A DNA stretch of 64,000 nt from a virus. The notes under the pieces were generated by a model. The model was not told where the DNA came from and made no database searches. It saw nothing but the letters and a program-made list of their open reading frames with translations. The position numbers and the translations under genes were made by a program. How positions within the stretch are numbered: position 1 is the first letter of the stretch; the number at the start of each line of letters is the position of its first letter. Of this stretch, positions 58,901 to 64,000 are shown piece after piece. The DNA lies in the IMG/VR virus record IMGVR_UViG_3300048625_000156, positions 1 through 64,000 of that record; one strand, written 5' to 3'.

Positions 58901-59321
58901 CCTGGACAGCACCAGATGCGTCACGACCCATCTTGATGTATTGGGTCTGTAGGTCCTTTACTCGTTCACGAGCGACCTTGTTAATAGTGTCAAACTCATT
59001 CTTAAAGAGTTTTCCAAAAGTCTTTGTTGATGCTCCTGCATATCTGAAGTACTCTCCAGTCGTGAGCTTGTTCTTTTCTAGTGCTGTGGTAAACTGCTCT
59101 GTGGTAGTTTTAACTCTCTGCATAGACGCATCGAATTGTCCACTTCTATTTACCGCAGTAATGAAGTTATTTTGTAGACGTGCCATGTCTGATGCAGCTG
59201 CTGCACCAGTACGAGACATCTGCTGATGAAAGGCTGATATTTGACTCTGCAACACCTTTAGGGATGCCAAAGCACTATTAGTGTCAATATTGACTCTAAT
59301 GTTGGATTGGATATCAGCCAT
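52911..59321 (-). CDS. Tail tape measure protein
   Basis: 2136 aa Ala-rich helical; TP901-type core; ATGG...D.VPA.LS.GE motifs. Confidence 0.92.
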   Translation of the reverse strand: MADIQSNIRVNIDTNSALASLKVLQSQISAFHQQMSRTGAAAASDMARLQNNFITAVNRSGQFDASMQRVKTTTEQFTTALEKNKLTTGEYFRYAGASTKTFGKLFKNEFDTINKVARERVKDLQTQYIKMGRDASGAVQAIKIRPLMLDMENLSTKTQIAAQRQQLLNQLLKQGSTNMLNWGKNTQWAGRQLMVGFTVPLTMLGQIAAKTFMDMETSVIKFKRVYGDLSTTMQQTDDMAGQVQSLAKTFTKYGVAVADTMSMAADAAAMGKQGADLLAQVQSATTLAVLGGVDQQQALETTISLTNAFGISADQLKNKINFLNAVENQSVLSIEDMTIAIPKAAPVIQQLGGNVEDLAFFLTAMKEGGINASEGANALKSGLASMINPSKKASDMLAGLGINLKNIVQSNKGDVKGMVVDLGNALNALDPLKRAQAIEQVFGKFQFARISTLLKNVTDANSQASSVANLAAQGPGAASVLAERELKRIEDSPMFKFKKALEDLKVELIPLGEQFMKAVTPIAKFFTDVLKNFNNMSSGAKDFVGGLTLVLAGVGPVALMAIGLIANGIANMIKLFASVKSFFNNLGQGTKDLGSQTSYMTQEQIEARAVAASLEQVHEKLTQTFTAEAGAVALLRKEMERAVAIQNNFGSRIPGAKTGPKPKKMATGGVVVGPGGPTDDKVPANLSNGEVVLSVENVKKNPAVVAALLSGAKVNIPGYAKNGVAGYQSTRGFTDSTSLLSKTANDQLNRGTASPAGIAAEYKANPKLIQGPLIAYIAKELFGAKTVKDIQAAVESNPEIAKYAEDLSHNIAKEVSNVTGEKMGDPEYYAASDKARAKTKSSDPRVQAAADKFATNVTTFDDNTRERQRGHGGFGSIGREAMTSERGRYTGVFDTGRKFASAEGMDTSRSVAAHNTAPVIMDTPADVRNRIAAQGQTPSSQLDSALSRKDAGIKEIYGKADVNTKYQVPFDATKAQKEAIVGQVPAAATKPQTTQAGAKIAAKIEQDVAEATNVAAQAQSPSRRTKEAGKNLADGAIVGINEAGPAFKKSVADTAKSSFVISPASAQYAKEQFHKMMRPFTDSAGIVNVEKLNAVHGVRVHLITQEEKNLRQASQMLAVADNLMKPYRVTVEAIGNAAFIAKQKMTEGMVAIKNFAVQAPGAIRNAMNTAATAVKAGVERMKVSLVQLGTKLKQAAATVGKGVIGQLGSGKAMMTTAAVMGTLSMMPGKVGEIANAIMMPLMLIQSVIALIPETMLAGLATFFGTAAGAAVLAIAAPLAIFAGIIAFSLWQQAEANKKAAQLGNAMAVASDSVKKFGELTGRVGLTEAAQAESDARRAGLKSVEDLQIGKDYVASDAGKADVANLEKLKESGKLTPAQVAQQYSATLAQAISQGTLTLTEANSIATAVGKELGDSAFPITVTSQLSELLGPDGTDILKDPLKVTTKLIQSTTENADFLLDDAVYTQKDITAQKQESFDKLYGNMTNLKGEKLKPGEQYTSGNQTYTAPKLEDQYAYGTVGGIKPGRGDDAKAGYTAMLGSYGSIQTSIDSGVAAVDKKIAEKQKEFDAETDKTKKAALKTEITGLEGSRDADITAIYKAGADQRAKINTVGKAVDDKGTFNTAVDEKYANATEEEKTVANKQKDAIKGVENSDMRMLLEGQFLGDAIGNQDMASVIKMAGEGGGGAGTVGGNFSTAYQASVNAMGDRQTTELMGSAQARGANTAVTTGALERASRSTADQEAVTAGLQNVNLDLTTDDAMTKLNTFANAYKKTTDDLKKIPETKLVATAVVDKKMQDFINKDKVFQNLKTKSQKVKYLANFNATLGMAGDKNLQAQFKAWAAGDPTKTFSMFASYLAGKSVGSGAAPAAGGDTGGDTGGGGGGGTPIDKQQRKMDYYSGAINQINKQEEKINKAYDERMKAMDKIQKANDVINQQKKDQLDLADALSKGDIGAAARAQQQARQNAQNAAMQEQRDRMTEAKDSQIASLTFGGKTKEQWQSLLDAATQNKDLKELKSAKSEGWAMGGRVAKHFASGGMMNYLANGKMPIFKPMGKDTIPAMLQQGEFVVKKSATDKLGAGNMAKINRGEMPSGGGSSVYNYSISVNVKSDANADQIAKTVMQQIQRVEGQGMKGSRV

Positions 59322-59346
59322 TCAATTTACACCTCTTGTTTATTTT

Positions 59347-59658
59347 TTAGCCCAGGTTACTAAGCACTGAATCGCCTAGCTTAATTCCTGCTGCTTCCTC
59401 TACGATTGCGTAGACGGTTGGAAGGTCTAGAATTTCTTCAAGATCCTTACCTGCTGACTCTGGAGAATACTGCTTCATTGCGATTGCAACACAAGCAAGT
59501 AGTAGGTCCAGAGACTTTTCGTTGTCTTCAGCGACATCTGAAATACCATCGAAGGCTTTCATGAATTGCTTAAGTAGTGAGATCTTTAGTGGACGAGCCT
59601 TAATTACGGTTCCATCCAATAGGGTAATCTCTTTTGCTTCATTAATAGTTGTAGCCAT
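59347..59658 (-). CDS. Tail assembly chaperone (short, G-like)
   Basis: Between major tail and TMP; paralog of the N-terminus of 59709-60413; AAGGAGG SD. Confidence 0.7.
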   Translation of the reverse strand: MATTINEAKEITLLDGTVIKARPLKISLLKQFMKAFDGISDVAEDNEKSLDLLLACVAIAMKQYSPESAGKDLEEILDLPTVYAIVEEAAGIKLGDSVLSNLG

Positions 59659-59708
59659 TTGTAGTCCTCCTTGTTTGACTAATTAAATTATATCACAATA
59701 GGGCTTTA

Positions 59709-60413
59709 CTATTCTTCCAGTTTTTCGTATGAAAGACCCATTCCAATTCCAAAGCCATTTTGTCTAGCCTTAGTTCCCTGGAATGAGGTGATATCGTTTG
59801 CATCGACAACAGCTATACCACTTGTCTTTGCTGCGACCCTAGCCTTCATGGCTTCCCATGGGTCGTCTTCTTTTTTACCTAGCTGTTCGTCAAGGTCTAC
59901 ACCCTGTAACGCAGCCGTAAATCTCTTATCCAAATAATCCATATCTCTCTTTGCATTCAATGTTGCGGATACCTCTGGCATCGATAGAGATGTTTCTAGC
60001 TCTTCGTAGTCTTTCCAAATGCCCAGCAAAAATAGCTCTGACTCTAGCTTTGCTAGGTCAAGATCAGCCCAGGAGTTTTCTGAACTCTTGGTTGCTTGTT
60101 GCTTTACTGGCTCTACTGCTGGATCTTTGTTTATTTTAATACCTGCACCGATGTCAATAATTCTGTATATAGCATCCATATCAAACCTATCTTCAAGCTC
60201 TTCGATTGTAGTGACCTCTGGCAGGTACTGTTTCATTCCGATCAGAGCACATTCTGCTAGTACGGAGATTGCATCAATGTCGTTCTTAACTGTGGACATG
60301 TCGTCAAACTTGTCCATTACCATTCTAAGGTATTTGAGCTTGAGTGGCGTTAGGTAGACTTCTTGTCCATCCATTGTAAATATTGTTTCTGATTCATATA
60401 CTTGTGTAGGCAT
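59709..60413 (-). CDS. Tail assembly chaperone (long, GT-like)
   Basis: N-terminal half paralogous to 59347-59658; leaderless start. Confidence 0.7.
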   Translation of the reverse strand: MPTQVYESETIFTMDGQEVYLTPLKLKYLRMVMDKFDDMSTVKNDIDAISVLAECALIGMKQYLPEVTTIEELEDRFDMDAIYRIIDIGAGIKINKDPAVEPVKQQATKSSENSWADLDLAKLESELFLLGIWKDYEELETSLSMPEVSATLNAKRDMDYLDKRFTAALQGVDLDEQLGKKEDDPWEAMKARVAAKTSGIAVVDANDITSFQGTKARQNGFGIGMGLSYEKLEE

Positions 60414-60430
60414 TACTCTATTATACCCTA

Positions 60431-60464
60431 AAAACGAAACTGCCCCAGCCGAAGCCAGGGCAGT
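60431..60464 (-). terminator. Intrinsic terminator after the major tail gene
   Basis: ACTGCCC...GGGCAGT stem with TTCG loop, then TTCGTTTT. Confidence 0.75.
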
Positions 60465-60490
60465 CCCTATTAAGTTGTCTACTGTTGCAA

Positions 60491-61180
60491 TTAAGCAGAA
60501 GGTAGGTATGAACGGTCGATAATCTTACCGTATGCACCAGAGTCATCTGGAAGCAAGCGGAAGTTAACTTCGAACATAGTAGCCTCGTCACGCTTAGCTG
60601 ATACGTTAACACTTTCGATTGAAAGTGCACGGTATGCAACATAAACACGCTGGGCGTTGGTGTGAGTTGTAGCCTCTGTACCAAGAGCACCAACATCTGT
60701 TGATGCACCGATAGCGATAAGACCACGCTCTAGTGGATATTCTCCAAGCTCACCTGAAATAAGCTCAAGCTCTTTACCAACGGTGTCTGTCTCGTCGTGA
60801 GCCAGAAGTTCGTTGGTAGCAGCAGTTGCGAGAAGCAAGTTCTCAAGAGTTGCTTCTGCGAAGCTTGTCTTAAGAGTTACCTTCATTCCCTGCTTGAATA
60901 GCTTAGCTACGTCAAGTAGCTGGTCAACCTTTACCTCACCGAAGTCAGGTTCGAAGCTGAGTTCTAGACCATTGCTGGTGTAACCAACGTTAGTCCATCC
61001 TAGACCTGTTCCTGTTGTAGGAGTTAGATCTGACATGGTTTCTTTGTAGTCTGTACCCTGAGTAAATGCTGGAATGCCTGTGTCACCTGTAGTAACAACT
61101 ACTGGTCCACTGTCCTTTACGAACAATGCTGCGGCTCCAACAATAATCTGAGCACTATTGCCACGTTTGTAATCTGCCAT
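60491..61180 (-). CDS. Major tail protein
   Basis: VGYTSNGLE...VDQLLD...EATLENL; GAGGTG SD, terminator downstream. Confidence 0.85.
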   Translation of the reverse strand: MADYKRGNSAQIIVGAAALFVKDSGPVVVTTGDTGIPAFTQGTDYKETMSDLTPTTGTGLGWTNVGYTSNGLELSFEPDFGEVKVDQLLDVAKLFKQGMKVTLKTSFAEATLENLLLATAATNELLAHDETDTVGKELELISGELGEYPLERGLIAIGASTDVGALGTEATTHTNAQRVYVAYRALSIESVNVSAKRDEATMFEVNFRLLPDDSGAYGKIIDRSYLPSA

Positions 61181-61251
61181 ATTTTTCACCTCTTTTTCTT
61201 TCTATAGAATAGAGGGGCTTTGTTTCCTCATTTACAAGTATAACAGAGTTT

Positions 61252-61767
61252 TTAACTATTTATCAAGTGGTAGTCGAATTCAATAATAATCTTATTGCCA
61301 CCGTATGTTCTAGCTGTTCCAAAGTTAATGATGTCTCTGGTCTCCTGAAGCTGGAATACCCTGAATTTATGAAACCTAAAATCTGGCGTAAGGGTCTCTC
61401 CCTCAACCACCAAAGAACCTTTTGCCTTTGCCCAGTCGTTAATTTCGTCTGCAGACTCGTCTTCACGGTCAAGAAGTCTTAGTGCTGTTTCAGTAATCTT
61501 TACCATGTTAACAACTGAATTCTCTGCTGTTGCATAGAAGTAGTAAAGTAGTTGCTCACACTTAATATGTGGAAATGGCGATTTTCTCAATCTAATTAAT
61601 CTGTCATATGTGCACATAATACCGCCTTCTGGGAAGTACTCTGTGATGTCGTTTAGAGTGGATGGGGTTGTTGGAAAGAATGGCACAGATTCAAACCCCA
61701 GATCGACAAGCTTCTCTTGTAGATAGTGGTTAACCCAAAGTGCTGGTGTATTTAATACTGATGTCAT
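61252..61767 (-). CDS. Tail terminator-like protein
   Basis: Position immediately upstream of major tail. Confidence 0.55.
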   Translation of the reverse strand: MTSVLNTPALWVNHYLQEKLVDLGFESVPFFPTTPSTLNDITEYFPEGGIMCTYDRLIRLRKSPFPHIKCEQLLYYFYATAENSVVNMVKITETALRLLDREDESADEINDWAKAKGSLVVEGETLTPDFRFHKFRVFQLQETRDIINFGTARTYGGNKIIIEFDYHLINS

Positions 61768-62441
61768 AGTTTGCCTCCTGCATTCACTATCCAATTATAC
61801 CCTATTTGTTTACCTGCCGAAGCCCCACCAGTCTTTGCTCTTGGCAATCCTCGTTTATAGTCAAGCGGTGTCTGTAGATGTTTTGTAAATCCGCTTTCAG
61901 TCAGGAATGATTGCGTAAAGTATACAGAGAAAAATGTTTCTAAAACTTCTTCGAACGATCCTTGGACTGCAGAGCCACCAGGCTTCTGGATTGTGACTGG
62001 ACTCTTTGTAAAAACTGTTTCTCCATTATCTTCAAATCTGAGGGCTTTTGCTGTTCTTGGAACAATGGTGACAGGGATACCCTTTTCCATAATCTCTGCC
62101 TTATTGTAGAAGGGTGTCTCAGAGCCATTGCTAAATGTTTTAGATTGTGAAAAGGAGCTTCCAAAAGTAAGCCCACCACTTGTTACACGATAGTCAATGT
62201 CAAATAGTCTTGCTGCTGGGCTGCCAGTTTGATACCACTCATAGACGTGATGAAGGCTTTGAGGATCCATTCTTGCCATTGTGTCAATATACTCTTCTAC
62301 AATCTCTTTTGTCCTTGAGCCAAATATTTGCAACATCTTCGACTTGCCTAGATGAACCCCTTCCAGGTATCCCTCGGAATATTTGATGAAGTTGTTCATT
62401 TCTGCAAAGAATTTTGCGTCTTCAAAATCTACGCTTATCAT
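61764..62441 (-). CDS. Tail completion / neck protein
   Basis: Synteny in the head-tail module; I.P..AKAL.F motif. Confidence 0.55.
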   Translation of the reverse strand: MISVDFEDAKFFAEMNNFIKYSEGYLEGVHLGKSKMLQIFGSRTKEIVEEYIDTMARMDPQSLHHVYEWYQTGSPAARLFDIDYRVTSGGLTFGSSFSQSKTFSNGSETPFYNKAEIMEKGIPVTIVPRTAKALRFEDNGETVFTKSPVTIQKPGGSAVQGSFEEVLETFFSVYFTQSFLTESGFTKHLQTPLDYKRGLPRAKTGGASAGKQIGYNWIVNAGGKL

Positions 62442-62887
62442 AGATCTGCCGCCTGGTTTTCAGAGCGTCTTAGAACTAACTTAAAATATTCTGTAGTTCC
62501 GAATGGACCAACGACTGGGTTGAAAGTTGCAACCTCAAATATGGTAGCCATTCCTGCTCTTGGACCAGACGGTTCATTATAAACAACATTGCCATTGGCA
62601 TCTCTAATATTAGTAACGATAATGTTTGTTAGGGAGTTTAGAGTACCCCTTGATGAAGTGGTGATGTCTCCACGAATTCGACCAACAATAGAGTTGTCGA
62701 TATCAATCTTTGCGTCTGGCTGCACATCTTTCTTTGCCTTAACCCCACCAGCTACGAAGGCACAAGCTACTGACTTGTCTAGCACCCATTGCTTCTTAAC
62801 ATTACCATATCCACCCTGCTCAACGATAGGGTAATAAACATCCATTAGCAATGGATACATGAAATCTGTAGATTCGCAAGCCGTCAT
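62438..62887 (-). CDS. Head closure protein (putative)
   Basis: Synteny. Confidence 0.5.
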   Translation of the reverse strand: MTACESTDFMYPLLMDVYYPIVEQGGYGNVKKQWVLDKSVACAFVAGGVKAKKDVQPDAKIDIDNSIVGRIRGDITTSSRGTLNSLTNIIVTNIRDANGNVVYNEPSGPRAGMATIFEVATFNPVVGPFGTTEYFKLVLRRSENQAADL

Positions 62888-63816
62888 TAGATGATTCCTG
62901 GCTTGAACACATTGCCTTTATATCCATTAAGGATCTTATCTACAATGTTGTTGCCAGTACCCCCTAGGAACTGAGGAGCAAATTTAATGTCAAATTGGTC
63001 TGTGCTGTAGGCTGTAACGAATCTCTTGTAGTAATCGTTATTTCCACACTTCAAATCTTCGATTAGCATCTTTGCTGCGATCTCAATGTCTGGTGGAACT
63101 GCCTTGTATCCTACATCAAGAACGAACACATAGTCATATCCTCTTGGGAACGACATCCCTCCGTGACCATAGTACTGCAGGTCACCAGTGGCTACTGGAA
63201 GCGATACTGGAGTACTTTCGAACCTATTGTACGTCCCAGTTAGAACTCGCATAATCGATGCGTTATTTGGTGAAATAATGTACTGCTGTTCCCAGTCTAC
63301 TCTAGTGTCGTAGTCGTAAACTAGAACATTGTTCTCGTATACCTTTAGCACACGTTTTGGATTGTGCCAGATTGGGAAGTAGTCTGCTCCATCTCCAACA
63401 CCCTGGACAATAAGCTTATGGTTATAGAAGCCTTCTCCAGTTGCTGAATCATTGCCAAGATAGGCATCCATGATAGAGCGAGCAATAATCTCCCACTTTT
63501 TGTAATCCTCAACCTCTGTTGGTGTTGAGCCAAGAGTATTGGGATCTACATATGGTCTATAGACGGTTAGGTTTGACTCTGTTACGATGTCTCCCAGTAA
63601 GTCTGTGTCGTAAATCTTTAAAGCAAAGTCACGGTCGAACTCTACCTTTGAGCGTGGAAGTATATACTCTACTGTTGATTGACTTGATGATGTTACCTCA
63701 ACAGTTTCTACTGAGTGGTCCACCACATCCTCCACATAGATCAGGTAAGCGTGGTTAGCTTCTGGTACTGTCCAAGTAGTTGTGATTGGATATGGTGGGA
63801 CCCTCAAGATTTCCAT
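62887..63816 (-). CDS. Head-tail adaptor protein (putative)
   Basis: AR..MDAYLG...GY..VP.DI..A motif. Confidence 0.6.
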   Translation of the reverse strand: MEILRVPPYPITTTWTVPEANHAYLIYVEDVVDHSVETVEVTSSSQSTVEYILPRSKVEFDRDFALKIYDTDLLGDIVTESNLTVYRPYVDPNTLGSTPTEVEDYKKWEIIARSIMDAYLGNDSATGEGFYNHKLIVQGVGDGADYFPIWHNPKRVLKVYENNVLVYDYDTRVDWEQQYIISPNNASIMRVLTGTYNRFESTPVSLPVATGDLQYYGHGGMSFPRGYDYVFVLDVGYKAVPPDIEIAAKMLIEDLKCGNNDYYKRFVTAYSTDQFDIKFAPQFLGGTGNNIVDKILNGYKGNVFKPGII

Positions 63817-63817
63817 G

Positions 63818-64000
63818 CTAGTTCTTCACCCTTGTAGCAATCTCTTCTGGGGTCGCAAGGCGAATACCCTTCTTGGTTAACCACTTGTCGGCAAGCTCTT
63901 TGGTAACTAGATTGTATCCAACCAATAGCTTTCCAGCTTCCTGCCAAGCAACGTTTCTCTCTGAGAATAGTGCTACCTTTTCAGTAGGATTAGCTTGAAC
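63818..64000 (-). CDS. Partial hypothetical virion protein (3' end)
   Basis: Open frame ...GYNLVTKELADKWLTKKGIRLATPEEIATRVKN*. Confidence 0.55.
   Translation of the reverse strand, partial: VQANPTEKVALFSERNVAWQEAGKLLVGYNLVTKELADKWLTKKGIRLATPEEIATRVKN

Noticed and set aside
59347-60413. Programmed frameshift between tail chaperone genes
   Set aside because: Genes are separated by 50 nt with an independent promoter and SD, and the long form is upstream

Overview
A 64-kb segment of a large lytic siphovirus-type phage genome. The host is almost certainly an actinobacterium: the phage carries WhiB and class Ib nrdHIEF, and many genes have leaderless -10+6nt+ATG starts. Layout: (1) 1-5.2 kb, plus-strand early/host-takeover cassettes of small acidic proteins, driven by a repeated AATGTC-N12-TATAAT promoter; (2) 5.2-6.1 kb, a non-coding repeat-rich junction with paired DnaA boxes; (3) 6.1-21 kb, minus-strand accessory and nucleotide-metabolism genes (pyrimidine-dimer glycosylase, GT4 and Stealth-like transferases, dNMP kinase, ThyX, GroES, Dps, WhiB, deaminase, two endolysins); (4) 21.0-23.5 kb, a 22-tRNA array (plus a lone tRNA-Arg at 12.5 kb) flanked by an EndoVII-type nuclease; (5) 24-44 kb, PA14 surface protein, nrdIEF, terminase, RuvC, Cas4-like exonuclease, RecA, NrdH, MazG, DnaE, SSB, primase, DnaB; (6) 44-64 kb, tail and head-tail genes. 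The main discovery is inside the tRNA array. An internal promoter drives a tiny unannotated leader ORF (22497-22589, with an SD-led internal start at 22556). Its last 19 codons use exactly the 13 amino acids of the 16 downstream tRNAs and none of the other 7. It is followed by a C-rich/G-poor rut-like tract, and a boxA-like element lies further into the operon. This looks like a tRNA-sensing translational attenuator controlling the phage tRNA operon. All family calls come from recognised sequence motifs, not database searches.
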